DNA from: Candidatus Latescibacterota bacterium
GTDB taxonomy: Bacteria > Latescibacterota > UBA2968 > UBA8231
NCBI GenBank assembly: GCA_965204725.1
Contig: OZ242005.1
Coordinates: forward strand, 2,176,001 to 2,240,000
Reading direction: 5' to 3'
DNA: 64,000 nt
The notes under the pieces are model-generated. The model did no database searches and was not told the DNA's origin. It saw only the letters and a program-made list of their open reading frames with translations. Shown here one piece after another: positions 18,008 through 28,619 of the stretch. Positions within the stretch are counted from its first letter, which is position 1; the number at the start of each line of letters is the position of its first letter. The position numbers were made by a program, and so were the translations under genes.

Positions 18008-18673
18008 ATGGTAGCTACCCGCATCCTCAAGACGGTGCTCGCACCCGCTCTCATTTTATTACCCACCCCCAACCCAAGCGTCGTGCGCGACATGGCCCGC
18101 GACATCGACGGCTTGCAACGCGCCGAGTGCGAATACCAAGGCATTGTGGCTCGCTTCGACGAACTGACCCGCGCCTACATCCTGCAAGTGTACGAAGGCG
18201 GCCAACTGCTCCGCTGGCAGGCCCGGCCCAGCCCCTACAACCCCGAGACCGAGACCTTGGTCTCCGCCATCTTTACCGCGGCCGGCCCCAAAGCCGCCGC
18301 CCCCGTGCCCGAACTAGCCCCCCTCCGCCCCCACAGCCCCGCAGAGGCTGAGATCACTTGGCGGTACAGCAAGCTAGCGGCGACGCAGGTCGCCCCCCAC
18401 AGCGACTTGGCCCGCGACGCCTTGGCCGTGTTTAGAGCCACAGTCGATGGCTTTATCGAGCGCATGGTGTACGCGCCCGCCGGCGGCGTGTTGCGCGCAG
18501 CCCCCGCGCCGAGTGCTCCCATGCTGGCCCGCATCGAGGCGGGTGTGGTCCTGCTCGTCGAGGAAGAGCGCGCCGGCTACGTGCGGGTACGCCAGCCGCC
18601 CGCAGCAGCGGCCGGGTGGCTCAAGCGCGAGCAAGTGCGAGCGGTTGGAGAAGCCGGTGGACGCAATCATTGA
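18008..18673 (+). CDS. Hypothetical protein with C-terminal SH3-like domain
   Basis: LRAAP....[21 protein letters not shown]....GWL pattern; overlaps the next gene. Confidence 0.65.
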   Translation: MVATRILKTVLAPALILLPTPNPSVVRDMARDIDGLQRAECEYQGIVARFDELTRAYILQVYEGGQLLRWQARPSPYNPETETLVSAIFTAAGPKAAAPVPELAPLRPHSPAEAEITWRYSKLAATQVAPHSDLARDALAVFRATVDGFIERMVYAPAGGVLRAAPAPSAPMLARIEAGVVLLVEEERAGYVRVRQPPAAAAGWLKREQVRAVGEAGGRNH

Positions 18674-19355
18674 AATACGCAACCTGACCAAGACCTACGA
18701 CATGGGAGCGACGGCCGTTCACGCCCTAAGCGAGGTCGATCTCTGCGTGGCTGCTGGCGAATACGTAGCCATCATGGGGCCTTCGGGGTCGGGCAAGAGC
18801 ACCTTGCTCAACATCCTCGGCTGCCTCGATGTACCCACCTCGGGCCGCTACGCGCTCGGCCAAGCCCTCGTCAGCGAAATGGACGACGACGACTTAGCGC
18901 GGATCCGCAATCGAGAAATCGGCTTTGTCTTCCAAACCTTTAACCTCCTGCCCCGCGCCAACGCCTTGGGCAATGTCGAGCTCCCCCTGATTTACAGCGG
19001 CCTGCCGGCGCGTCAACGCCGCGAGCAGGCCGCCCGCGCCCTCGACTCCGTGGGCTTGGCCGAGCGCAGCGACCACCGGCCCAACGAGCTATCCGGCGGC
19101 CAGCGGCAGCGCGTGGCCATCGCCCGCGCCCTCGTCAACGACCCCTCCATCATCCTCGCCGACGAGCCGACCGGCGCCCTCGATTCCCGTACCGGCGACG
19201 AGATCATGGATCTGTTCGACCAAGTACACGCTGCGGGCAACACCGTCCTCCTCGTGACGCACGAAGAGCACCTCGCCCGCCGCAGCCGCCGCATCGTCCG
19301 CTTCCGCGATGGCCGCATTGAAAGTGATCGCCCGACCGCGGAGGCCGCCCGGTGA
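18657..19355 (+). CDS. ABC transporter ATP-binding protein (MacB/LolD family)
   Basis: GTG start after GGAG; [24 protein letters not shown]. Confidence 0.92.
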   Translation: MDAIIEIRNLTKTYDMGATAVHALSEVDLCVAAGEYVAIMGPSGSGKSTLLNILGCLDVPTSGRYALGQALVSEMDDDDLARIRNREIGFVFQTFNLLPRANALGNVELPLIYSGLPARQRREQAARALDSVGLAERSDHRPNELSGGQRQRVAIARALVNDPSIILADEPTGALDSRTGDEIMDLFDQVHAAGNTVLLVTHEEHLARRSRRIVRFRDGRIESDRPTAEAAR

Positions 19356-20536
19356 AAGCGGTCTTTTGCGCGCTCGTGCTGTGCGCCTGTCGGGACGCGC
19401 CGCCCGACCTGCCCACGGCCGAGGTCGTGCGCGGCGATTTTGCGGTGACGCATGTTGAAGGGGGCGAGGTGTGCGCGGCCAGCGGCGAGGTGGTCATGTC
19501 GCCGCGAATCGGCGGTCGGCTCAAGATCATCCACCTCTGGCCCGAAGGCGAGCAAGTAGATGTCGGCGATTTGCTCCTCCAGTTCGACCCGGCCGATTTT
19601 GAACGGGAGATGCTCGACCGCGAGGGCCAACTCGAACAGGCCCACTCGGACTTGGCCAAGGCCAAGGCTTGGCACGGGCAACGCCTCGCCGACATCAAGC
19701 GTCAGATCCAGCAGCAGCAAGCCGAGCTCCAACTCGCCGCGCTCAACCAAGAGCGCCAGCAGTTCGCCTCCACTATAGAACAAGAGCAAGGGCGCATCAA
19801 TTTGGCCAAGGCCCGGCGCGCCATAGCGGAAGCGCGGCAGGAGTCCGTGGCCCAAGAAGTGGTCAACCGCGTGGATTTTCGCAAACACGAGCTGAACATC
19901 GCCCGCAGGCAGGAGCGCTACGAAAGGGCGCGGCGCGACTACGAGCGCACCAGCGTCTATGCGGCCAAACCGGGTATTGTGGTCTATCGCAAAATCTGGA
20001 AACCGGGCACCGACGAAGAGGGCAAAGTCGCAATCGGCGACCAAGTTTGGGGCGGCCGCGCGCTGCTCGACATCCCGGACATGAGCAAGATGCAGGTGCT
20101 GTGCCTCATCGGCGAAATGGACATTGAGCGCGTGCGCGTCGGCCAGCGGGCCTTCGTCCGCCTCGAAGCCTTCCCCGGGCCGGTCTTCAACGGCGCCGTA
20201 GCCGACATCGCGCCCATGGCCTCCCCCCAGCCCGGCGCACCCGACATCCACGTCTTTGAGCTGGTCATCGCCATCGACGAACAGGACGCCCGGCTCAAAC
20301 CGGGCATGTCCGCAGAAGTCGAGATCGTCCTCCACGCCCTCCCCAACGTCCTCTCCGTGCCCCTAAACGCCGTGTTTGCCCGCGCCGACCGCTGGGTTGC
20401 CTATCGGCTCACAGGCGGCGAGTTCGCCGAAGTTGAGGTCGAATTGTCCGCGCAAAACGCCACCGCGGCCACGGTCACTTCCGGCCTAGCCGAAGGCGAC
20501 ATCGTCGCCCTCAAAGATCCCACGGTCCCCCAATGA
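19352..20536 (+). CDS. Periplasmic adaptor (HlyD/MacA family) 1
   Basis: Lipoprotein-like N-terminus, [12 protein letters not shown] lipoyl motif, coiled coil, LKPGMSA. Confidence 0.88.
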   Translation: MKAVFCALVLCACRDAPPDLPTAEVVRGDFAVTHVEGGEVCAASGEVVMSPRIGGRLKIIHLWPEGEQVDVGDLLLQFDPADFEREMLDREGQLEQAHSDLAKAKAWHGQRLADIKRQIQQQQAELQLAALNQERQQFASTIEQEQGRINLAKARRAIAEARQESVAQEVVNRVDFRKHELNIARRQERYERARRDYERTSVYAAKPGIVVYRKIWKPGTDEEGKVAIGDQVWGGRALLDIPDMSKMQVLCLIGEMDIERVRVGQRAFVRLEAFPGPVFNGAVADIAPMASPQPGAPDIHVFELVIAIDEQDARLKPGMSAEVEIVLHALPNVLSVPLNAVFARADRWVAYRLTGGEFAEVEVELSAQNATAATVTSGLAEGDIVALKDPTVPQ

Positions 20537-21891
20537 AGAGCACCAACGGCCGCCGCAAGTGGTGGATCGCCGTGCTCTGTGCGGTCGCGGTGTTGGCCGT
20601 GTTTATCGCCTTGCGGCAGATGCCCGGCACCTCCGCGTCCTCCGTCCCTTCCTACCCCGTCCAGCAGGGCGAATTCGTCATCTCCTTGCAGCTCAAAGGC
20701 GGCGAACTCGAAGCCGTCAAGGCCGAAAACATCGTCGCGCCCCGCGTCCGCGGGCAGCTCAAGATCGTCGAGTTGTTTCCCGAGGGCGAGCAAGTCGCCG
20801 TGGGCGATCTGCTCGTCCAGTTTGAGCAGACCGACTTTCAGAAGCGGGTCATGGACGCCGAGCAGCAAGTCGAGTCTGCCCGGGCCGACTTGGAGAAAAC
20901 GCAGGCCACCCAGAAGGTTGAGATCGCCAAGCTCGAAGCCGACATCAAAAACCAAGAGGCCAACTTGCGCCTCGCCGAGCTCCAAGTTGAGCGCATGGCC
21001 TTTGAAGCCACCGTGCAAAAAGAAGAGGCCCAAATCGAGGCCCACAAAGCCGAGCTAAGCCACCAGCAAGCCTTTGAAAAACTAGCGTCGCAACAGGTGG
21101 TCAACAACGCCGAGGTCAGGAAGCGTCAGCTCGAAATCGAGCGCAACGAGCGCGAGCTAGAAAAGGCCCGCCAGGAATTGGCGAGCACGACCATCAAGGC
21201 CGAAAAGCCCGGCTTGGTGGTGTACGGCAAGGTGTGGAAGGGCGAGCGGCCAGAAAAAGTGCGCGTCGGCGACGAAATTTGGGGCGGGGTCAACGTCATC
21301 TCCCTGCCCGACCTCTCCCGGATGCAGGTCAAGACCTATGTCAACGAGGTCGAGGTCGATAAGCTAGACACCGGACAAGTGGCTCTCATCCAGCTCGACG
21401 CCCTGCCCGGCCCCACCTTCCACGGTCGCATCAAGAGCATTGCCTCGCTCGGCCGCGAAAAGGAGGGCGAAAAAAACGTCAAGGTCTTCGACGTGGTGCT
21501 CGCCATAGAGGAACAAGACGCTCGGCTCAAGCCCGGCATGACCGCGACTGCCGAAGTCATCGTCGAGACCATCCCGCCCCAGCCGGCCGCCGCGCCCGAC
21601 TCCGTGCAAACCGCGGCCACCGCCGAGGTCGCCACGGCCGCGCCGCGGCCCTTGTACATCCCCTTAGACGCGGTTTTTGAAAAGGACGGGCGCGCCCTCG
21701 TCTATTGCCTCGTCGGCGGCCAGCCCGAGGAGCGGGCCGTGACGCTGGGCCAGAAAAACGAGGACTTCGTCATCGTCGAGCACGGGCTGGCCCCGGGCGA
21801 TCGCGTCGCCCTGCGCGACCCGACCCAAGCGGTCGACCTCATCGGCGGCATGGACGCGGCCCCGGAGGCGAACGCGCCCGCCGTGCGCTAA
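20533..21891 (+). CDS. Periplasmic adaptor (HlyD/MacA family) 2
   Basis: N-terminal TM, PEGEQVAVGDLL, coiled coil, LKPGMTA. Confidence 0.88.
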   Translation: MKSTNGRRKWWIAVLCAVAVLAVFIALRQMPGTSASSVPSYPVQQGEFVISLQLKGGELEAVKAENIVAPRVRGQLKIVELFPEGEQVAVGDLLVQFEQTDFQKRVMDAEQQVESARADLEKTQATQKVEIAKLEADIKNQEANLRLAELQVERMAFEATVQKEEAQIEAHKAELSHQQAFEKLASQQVVNNAEVRKRQLEIERNERELEKARQELASTTIKAEKPGLVVYGKVWKGERPEKVRVGDEIWGGVNVISLPDLSRMQVKTYVNEVEVDKLDTGQVALIQLDALPGPTFHGRIKSIASLGREKEGEKNVKVFDVVLAIEEQDARLKPGMTATAEVIVETIPPQPAAAPDSVQTAATAEVATAAPRPLYIPLDAVFEKDGRALVYCLVGGQPEERAVTLGQKNEDFVIVEHGLAPGDRVALRDPTQAVDLIGGMDAAPEANAPAVR

Positions 21892-21894
21892 TCC

Positions 21895-23136
21895 ATGGAC
21901 CTGCGCGAAACCGCCGCCGTGAGCTGGGTCGGGCTGCTCTCGCACAAGCTGCGGACGATGCTCACCATGCTCGGCATCGTCTTTGGCGTGGCCGCGGTCA
22001 TCGCCATGCTGTCCATCGGTGAGGGCGCCAAACAAGAATCCCTCGAACAAATTCGCCAGATGGGCATTAGCAACATCATCGTCCAGCACTGGAAAAAGGA
22101 CGAAGCGGACGACGCGACCGACGCCGACCACAACCGCTCGGCCGGCCTGACGTGGGACGACGCCCGCTCCATCGCCGCGATATGCCTTTTGGCCGAGTAC
22201 GCCACCCCGCAACGCGAGGTCAAGGTCAAGGCCCAAGCCCAAGGCAACACCTTTCACACTATGGCGGTGGGCACGACGCCCGACTATCGCACCGTGCTCG
22301 ACGCCCGCATGAGCAGCGGCGCGTTCTTCTCGGCCGCAGACATGCTCGACGCCAAGCGCGTTTGCGTGTTGGGCGCGGACGCCAAGCGGGCGCTGTTCTT
22401 TTTGGACGATCCCCTCGGTGGCCGGGTCAAAATCCGCAACCAGTGGTTTACGGTCATCGGCGTCCTCCAAGACAAGGGCGCGGCCGGCGGCAAAATCGGC
22501 GGCGTGCTCGAAGTCCGCAACACCGACGAGGACATCTACGTCCCGCTGACGGCCCTGCTCAACCGCTTCCACCGCGAGCCGGGCGCGCCCGAGCTGACCC
22601 AAATCACCGTCAAAATCCCCAGCTCCGACCAACTGCCAGAGGCCGCGGCCATCGTGCGCACCATCCTCAACCGGCGGCATCGCGGCGTCGAGGACTTCAA
22701 GATCGCCATTCCCGAAGAGCTGTTGCGCCAGAGCCAGAAAACCCAGCAGATCTTCAACATCGTCATGGGCTGCATCGCCGGCATCTCCCTATTGGTCGGT
22801 GGCATCGGCATCATGAACATCATGTTGGCTTCGGTGCTAGAGCGCACGCGCGAGATCGGCATCCGCCGCGCCTTGGGCGCCCGGCGGCGCGACATCCTCG
22901 CGCAATTTTTGGTCGAGTCCCTGTTGGTCAGTCTAATCGGCGGCCTGATTGGGGTGGTGCTCGGCTACGCCATCCCGGAATTGATCACCCTGTACGCGGG
23001 CTGGCGCACCATCGTCCAGCCTTGGACCATTGCCCTCGCCTTTGGGGTCTCAGCCGCGGTCGGCATTGGCTTTGGCATCTACCCGGCCCGCCAAGCCGCC
23101 CTGCTCAACCCCATAGACGCCCTGCGCTACGAATAG
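21895..23136 (+). CDS. MacB-like ABC transporter permease
   Basis: LTMLGIVFGVAAVI, GGIGIMNIMLASVLERTREIGIRRALGA, ending PIDALRYE. Confidence 0.93.
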   Translation: MDLRETAAVSWVGLLSHKLRTMLTMLGIVFGVAAVIAMLSIGEGAKQESLEQIRQMGISNIIVQHWKKDEADDATDADHNRSAGLTWDDARSIAAICLLAEYATPQREVKVKAQAQGNTFHTMAVGTTPDYRTVLDARMSSGAFFSAADMLDAKRVCVLGADAKRALFFLDDPLGGRVKIRNQWFTVIGVLQDKGAAGGKIGGVLEVRNTDEDIYVPLTALLNRFHREPGAPELTQITVKIPSSDQLPEAAAIVRTILNRRHRGVEDFKIAIPEELLRQSQKTQQIFNIVMGCIAGISLLVGGIGIMNIMLASVLERTREIGIRRALGARRRDILAQFLVESLLVSLIGGLIGVVLGYAIPELITLYAGWRTIVQPWTIALAFGVSAAVGIGFGIYPARQAALLNPIDALRYE

Positions 23137-23199
23137 CCTTTTGACGGCAGCCGCCGCGTTCCTTACTTATTTAGCCCACCCGCACGAGAGGAAGGCCGC

Positions 23200-23388
23200 A
23201 TGATCCGCTTTAAGAGGGAAGTGATTGAACAAATGCTCGAAGACCGCAAACCCGAAATCAACCTGACGACCTATCAGCACATCAAAAAGGCCATCGACCA
23301 AGGCACCGAGGACATGGACCCATACATCCTGTCCAATATCTGCCGCGACCTCAAGTGCCTGCCCACCGACATCGTCGAATATGTCTGA
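23200..23388 (+). CDS. Small Cro/C1-type HTH protein
   Basis: 62 aa, ICRDLKCLPTDIVEYV C-terminus typical of HTH_26 proteins; GAGG RBS. Confidence 0.65.
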   Translation: MIRFKREVIEQMLEDRKPEINLTTYQHIKKAIDQGTEDMDPYILSNICRDLKCLPTDIVEYV

Positions 23389-23409
23389 GGGCCTCGTCGG
23401 CGCGCCCCA

Positions 23410-23781
23410 ATGCAGGCCCTAGGCCGCCATCTACTCGTCGATCTCTACGGTTGCAACCGCACGCGGCTCGACGATCCCGACTACATCGCCGCCGAGCTAC
23501 AAGCCGCGGCCACCGCGGCCGGCACCCGCGTCTTGGGCACTGCATTCCATCGCTTTAGTCCGGGGGGCGTCACCGGCGTCCTCATCGTCCAAGAGAGCCA
23601 CTTGGCCGTCCACACGTGGCCCGAGCGCGGTTATGCCGCCCTCGACCTTTTTACCTGCGGGCACCAGACCGATCCATGGGCCGCCTATCAGCGGCTCAAG
23701 CGCGCCTTCGGGGCCGTGCGGGACAATGTAGTCGAGGTCAGCCGAGGGTTGGATGTCCTGCGAGTGGTTGGCGATCGCTAA
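23410..23781 (+). CDS. speD: S-adenosylmethionine decarboxylase proenzyme (pyruvoyl-dependent)
   Basis: GRHLLVDLYGC, ESHLAVHTWPE self-cleavage motif, DLFTCG. Confidence 0.9.
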   Translation: MQALGRHLLVDLYGCNRTRLDDPDYIAAELQAAATAAGTRVLGTAFHRFSPGGVTGVLIVQESHLAVHTWPERGYAALDLFTCGHQTDPWAAYQRLKRAFGAVRDNVVEVSRGLDVLRVVGDR

Positions 23782-23785
23782 CCAC

Positions 23786-23958
23786 TATAGCTGTCCGACA
23801 TCCTTGCATAAGGGATGTTCTACATGGCGTTTTGGGTATGAGATACTTCGCTGCGCTCAGTATGACAAGGTGTCTGGGGCACGAAGTCCCCGCCTCTATG
23901 TCATGCTGAGCGCAGCGAAGCATCTCTACATGCGTACAAGTCATTTAGGACGGCTATA
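23786..23958. mobile_element. MITE/REP-like element, family A, copy 2
   Basis: TATAGCTGTCCGACAT...ATTTAGGACGGCTATA ends and the same internal hairpin as copy 1. Confidence 0.8.
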
Positions 23959-24846
23959 TTCTTCGCCTTCTAACATGCTGTGCAAGTAGCGCTCAAACGC
24001 TGCGGCGCGGCCTTCAACCACGGCCCGCAGCTCGAGAATTTCCTGTTGGCGGGCCTTTAACTGGTGAATTTTCAAAGCAACATCCGCGATCGACGAGCCG
24101 AGGTCAAACTCGGCCAAGGCCCCGTCTCGCCGGAAAAACCGCACTGGCTCCCGCGGCTGTTCCCCGCTCACCAAAACCCGCTCCTCGGGCCGCCGCGCTT
24201 TGGCTTGGGCCTGCTCGGCCTCGGCGCACAGCCGGTACTCGGCTTCCAAGCGGCTCATCAGGTCGGCGTTGGCCTTCCATTCGGCTTCGAGGCGGTCGGC
24301 AATATCTTCCAATAGCTCTTGCTTTTGCTGAATCTCGTCCGGCCCGTCATCCACCTCGATTTTCATCTGCCCGCTGTAGTGCAGGTTCGCGCTGTAAAGC
24401 CCGACCCCGAGCAGCTCCCGCGCCTCCTGATAGAGCGTGAGTTGGGCCGACAGGCCCCGGTCGGGTTGCTGGGCCAACTTTTGGATGAGTACGCCGATTT
24501 CCCAGTCGTAGGCGAGGCACAAGCGCTCGGCCAAACTATCCTGCCGAGCCTCTAACGCCACCAACTTCCAGTCGATTTCGACCATGCGCTGCACCAATCG
24601 GAGCGAGGAGCGCAGGGCTTTTCCCAGCTCGGCAGAATCCGCGGCACTCCGCTTTAGGCTGTCGATGCGGGCTGACAACACTTCGGCTTCGGCCGCAACC
24701 CCCAAGCGCTGGCCGGATAGGGAATCGAGCTGGCTTGCCAAGGCGCGATACTGGCTCTTTAGCAGACCCAGCCGGACCGAATCCCCACGCACAGCGCCGG
24801 GCAGCACCAACCCCAAGACCAACAACAGAATAAATGAGCTTTTCAT
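23941..24846 (-). CDS. Hypothetical secreted coiled-coil protein
   Basis: Signal peptide, heptad-rich; overlaps the regulator stop (ATGA coupling). Confidence 0.75.
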   Translation of the reverse strand: MKSSFILLLVLGLVLPGAVRGDSVRLGLLKSQYRALASQLDSLSGQRLGVAAEAEVLSARIDSLKRSAADSAELGKALRSSLRLVQRMVEIDWKLVALEARQDSLAERLCLAYDWEIGVLIQKLAQQPDRGLSAQLTLYQEARELLGVGLYSANLHYSGQMKIEVDDGPDEIQQKQELLEDIADRLEAEWKANADLMSRLEAEYRLCAEAEQAQAKARRPEERVLVSGEQPREPVRFFRRDGALAEFDLGSSIADVALKIHQLKARQQEILELRAVVEGRAAAFERYLHSMLEGEEYSRPK

Positions 24847-26315
24847 CGCGAATCTAGGCCGTATTTGTCGAGCTTGTAGTACAGAGCGCTCGTCTTGATT
24901 CCCAAGAGCGAAGCCGCCTTTGTCTTGACGTGCCGCGCTTCCTCCATCGCCCGAGCGATTAGGTCCCGCTCCAACTCGTCGAGGTGCTCGTTGAGTAGCA
25001 AGCTCCCGTCGTCGGCCGCCTCTGCCGCCTCTGCCCCCTCCGCAACCCCCTCTTCCTTCGCAGCCGCGTCAAAGGTCAGCGGCAGATCGTGATAGCCGAT
25101 TTCCTCTCCATCGACCAACACCATGGTGCGCTCAATGACGTTTTCTAGCTCGCGCACATTGCCCGGCCACGGATAGCTTTTTAAGCCGGTCAGGGCCTCT
25201 TCGGTGAGCCGTTTGGGTGGAATGTTCATTTCTCCACATTTCTTTTTGGTAAAGTGCTTCACCAACAACTCAATGTCTTCGCGCCGCTCCCGCAGCGGCG
25301 GCAAGGTGAGCGGGATGACCTCCAGCCGATAGAAGAGATCCTCGCGGAAGGTGCCCTCTTCAACCATGCGCTTGAGCGGCCGGTTGGTCGCCACCACCAC
25401 CCGCACATCTACGTCGAGCGGCTGCTCACCCCCCACGCGGTCGAACTGCTTTTCCTGCAACACTCGCAACAGCCGAACTTGGGTCTCCAACGGGACATCG
25501 CCGATCTCGTCCAAAAAAATCGTCCCGCCCTCGGCCAACTCGAACTTGCCCTTCCGCCGTCGCACCGCGCTGGTAAAGGCCCCGCGCTCGTGGCCAAACA
25601 ACTCGCTTTCGACCAATCCGGTCGGCAGAGCACCGCAGTTGACCTTGACAAATGGGCCTTTGCTGCGGCTGCTCTGATAGTGGACAGCGCGGGCGACCAG
25701 CTCCTTGCCGGTGCCGCTTTCCCCGTAGATGAGCACGGACGACGACGACGACGCCACCTTGCGCACTCGCTCGCGCACGGCCTTGATCCGCGGGGATTGG
25801 CCGACGATCTCGCCGAAGTTGTAGCGGCTGTCGATCTCTTCGCGCAGGTAGCGGTTTTGCTCGAACAAGTGCTCCCAGTCCCGCAGCTTGGCCTCGGCTT
25901 CTCGGTGCAGGGTTTGGGCTTCCCGCAGCTTGGCTTGGGCCTCCTGTAGCTTGGCTCGATAGTCGAGCCGCTTGTTGACCTTCATCCACAATTCGTCCGG
26001 GAGGAAGGGTTTGACGATAAAGTCGATCGCCCCCCGTTCCATGGCCTCTACGGCCAACTGCCGGGTGTCGTAGGCCGTCATCATCATCACGTCGGTGTCG
26101 GGGGCTTGGCGCTGGACCGCCTCGATCACCGCCAAGCCGTCCATCTCCTCCATGCGGTAATCGGTAAGGACCAAATCAAAGGGCTCGTCCTTCATCCGCT
26201 CCAACCCTTCGCGACCGCTTCCTGCGGCGACGGCTCGATGCCCCATCTTGTTCAAGCTCAGCACCAGCCCGTCGCCGAGGCTTTGGTTGTCGTCAATAAT
26301 CAAAATCCTGCCCAT
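24843..26315 (-). CDS. NtrC-family sigma-54 response regulator
   Basis: Receiver domain (ILIIDD..DLVLTD), GESGTGKE, GAFTSA, WPGNVREL, HTH. Start at MGRIL. Confidence 0.92.
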   Translation of the reverse strand: MGRILIIDDNQSLGDGLVLSLNKMGHRAVAAGSGREGLERMKDEPFDLVLTDYRMEEMDGLAVIEAVQRQAPDTDVMMMTAYDTRQLAVEAMERGAIDFIVKPFLPDELWMKVNKRLDYRAKLQEAQAKLREAQTLHREAEAKLRDWEHLFEQNRYLREEIDSRYNFGEIVGQSPRIKAVRERVRKVASSSSSVLIYGESGTGKELVARAVHYQSSRSKGPFVKVNCGALPTGLVESELFGHERGAFTSAVRRRKGKFELAEGGTIFLDEIGDVPLETQVRLLRVLQEKQFDRVGGEQPLDVDVRVVVATNRPLKRMVEEGTFREDLFYRLEVIPLTLPPLRERREDIELLVKHFTKKKCGEMNIPPKRLTEEALTGLKSYPWPGNVRELENVIERTMVLVDGEEIGYHDLPLTFDAAAKEEGVAEGAEAAEAADDGSLLLNEHLDELERDLIARAMEEARHVKTKAASLLGIKTSALYYKLDKYGLDSR

Positions 26316-27790
26316 GGTACTCCATCCTTGGACTGCGGCAGGCGCAGGCGGCACACAGTGCCTTCGCCCAGCCGACTGTCTATTTCGATCCAGCCGCGGT
26401 TTTCCTCAACCGCCTGCGCCACCAACGCCATGCCCAAGCCCGACCCTTTCTCCTTGGTCGTAAAGAACGGCTCGAAAAGGCGCGCCTGCACCTCCTCCGA
26501 CATACCCGGGCCATCGTCGGTCACCTCAACGATGACTTCCTCGCCCCTAGCCGTGGCCCGCACGGTCAAATGCCCGCCGTCGCGCATGGCTTGGACGGCG
26601 TTCTTCATCAGGTTGAGCAGCGCCCGCTCCATTTGCTCGGCGTCGATGTAGCACGTCAAGTCGGGCGCGATGCGCTCCTCGTAGCGGATGCCGGCCGCCT
26701 GCATTTCTGGGGCCAGCAAAAAGGCCGCGTCGGCCACGAGGGACGCCAGCACGGTCGGCTGCGGCTTGGCCGGCGCGGGCCGAGCGAATTCGATAAACTC
26801 GGAAATCACGCCATTGAGCCGGCGCACCTCCTCAATGACCTTCTCGATGTGTTGCTTGCGCTCGTCGCTGGCCGGCAAGTCGCCGGCGATTAGGCCGGCG
26901 TACAGCTCAATACTGCCGAGTGGATTGCGGATCTCGTGGGCGACGCCGCCCAGCATGAGGCGCAGTTGGGCGTCGCGGGCACTCAGCTTGCGCCGCATCT
27001 CCTCCATGGCCTCGCCCAAATAGCCGATTTCGTCGTCGGACGCGGTGACCACCTCTTGGGCCATATTGCCGCGGCCGATGGCGCGCGCCGCCTCAACCAG
27101 CTTTTGGATGGGCCGCGTCAGCGTCCGCGCCAACCCCCAAGCCACCCCGACCGTGAGCAACGCACCCAACCCGGCAAAGATCAGCACCGACCGCCCAAAG
27201 ACGCGGATAGAGTCCACAAACCGCGCCCCGATCTCAACGCCGACGATCGCGACGACCTCGCCGCGGTCAAAGATCGGGGCGTAGCCTGTCATATATGGGA
27301 CATCGCCGTCATAAAAAAATACCGAATGCGCGGTATTGCCCTTCCAAACCTTTTCCAACTCTCGACGGTGCAAGATCCGTTTGGGGTACTCGCGGCCAAT
27401 GGGCATCAACCCATCGGTGTCGAGCAACGAGCGGTATTGGCGGTCGAAAACGAAAATTTGCCGAGCACCCACCCCTTGTTCGGCGCGCTGCAATTTACTT
27501 ACTAGAGTCCGATAAAGATTGGAGTGCTCGCGGCCTGGGTGCAAGTAGCGCAGCACGTTGCCGGACAGGTTCATGCTCACCAGCGTGGCAACCGATACGA
27601 GGTGGTCGCGCATCTGCCGCTCCAAGCTGCGGTCTGTCAGCTCGAAGAGCACCCAGCCCGATAGACCGACGACGACCATGACCAGCAGTACGAAACTCAG
27701 GATCAGCTTGTGGCCAATCCGCCGCCGCGGATGCTCGCCGGCAGCGGACTTGCCCTTAGTTGCTTGGACAGACTCGACAAATTGGCTCAT
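26300..27790 (-). CDS. HAMP sensor histidine kinase
   Basis: Two TMs, HAMP, AHEIRNPL H-box, NAVQA, DDGPG, GSGLG. Confidence 0.93.
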   Translation of the reverse strand: MSQFVESVQATKGKSAAGEHPRRRIGHKLILSFVLLVMVVVGLSGWVLFELTDRSLERQMRDHLVSVATLVSMNLSGNVLRYLHPGREHSNLYRTLVSKLQRAEQGVGARQIFVFDRQYRSLLDTDGLMPIGREYPKRILHRRELEKVWKGNTAHSVFFYDGDVPYMTGYAPIFDRGEVVAIVGVEIGARFVDSIRVFGRSVLIFAGLGALLTVGVAWGLARTLTRPIQKLVEAARAIGRGNMAQEVVTASDDEIGYLGEAMEEMRRKLSARDAQLRLMLGGVAHEIRNPLGSIELYAGLIAGDLPASDERKQHIEKVIEEVRRLNGVISEFIEFARPAPAKPQPTVLASLVADAAFLLAPEMQAAGIRYEERIAPDLTCYIDAEQMERALLNLMKNAVQAMRDGGHLTVRATARGEEVIVEVTDDGPGMSEEVQARLFEPFFTTKEKGSGLGMALVAQAVEENRGWIEIDSRLGEGTVCRLRLPQSKDGVPWAGF

Positions 27791-27885
27791 CCTATATCCT
27801 ACGTTTGATAATGTACCGCCTTAAAAAAAGACGAACAAGCCGAGTAATAGTTCTCGCTGATTGCCCATAAAAAAGGAAATGCCCC

Positions 27886-28617
27886 ATGAAATATGTCCTA
27901 TTGGCCGCCTGTTTCTCTTTGGCCGCCTGCGGCGGCTCCGACGACGACCGCGGCGAGGTGACCGTTCACTTTGACCACACGGTCGTCGCGGACGAGCTAG
28001 AGCCTGATGACATCCTCTACACCAATGCCGCGGGCAACGAATACGGCGTTACCCGGCTGGAGTACATCGTCTCAGGCATCGCCTTAGAGACGGCCGGAGG
28101 CCAGCGCGTCGAACTGGCCGCATTCCACTATCGCAACGCCTTTTTGAGCGCGACCCGCAGCGTTTCGGCCAAGGTGCCCGGTGGGACCTATACGGCCCTG
28201 CACTTTACCTTCGGCTTAGACGGAACCCAAAACGAAACAGGTGCGTTGCCGAGCGTCGATCACTTCAACAACATGGCTTGGCCTGCTCCCATGGGCGGCG
28301 GCTACCACTACATGCGCCTAGAGGGCCTCTTCCGCACACCCGACAGCACCGGCGCCTTTCTCACGCACACCGGACCGACCGGCGGAGCAGACTTTTCGTT
28401 TGCCGTCTCTCTGCCGCTTTCTCTAACGGTTAGTGGCAGCGAGTGGGCAATCGCCGTGGTCATGGACCTCAACGAGTGGTACGCCGCGCCCTTTCTATAC
28501 GACCTGAACGGCCGCGGCGGGATTATGGGCAACGCCGACGCGCAATCGACCTTGCGGGAAAACGGCTCGACCGTCTTTTCTCTAGGGGCCATCGGACGCC
28601 TCGACCGAGGGGCGTAA
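27886..28617 (+). CDS. MbnP-family putative copper-binding lipoprotein
   Basis: LAAC lipobox, MAWPAPMGGGYHYMRLEG motif, directly upstream of a di-heme enzyme. Confidence 0.7.
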   Translation: MKYVLLAACFSLAACGGSDDDRGEVTVHFDHTVVADELEPDDILYTNAAGNEYGVTRLEYIVSGIALETAGGQRVELAAFHYRNAFLSATRSVSAKVPGGTYTALHFTFGLDGTQNETGALPSVDHFNNMAWPAPMGGGYHYMRLEGLFRTPDSTGAFLTHTGPTGGADFSFAVSLPLSLTVSGSEWAIAVVMDLNEWYAAPFLYDLNGRGGIMGNADAQSTLRENGSTVFSLGAIGRLDRGA

Positions 28618-28619
28618 CC

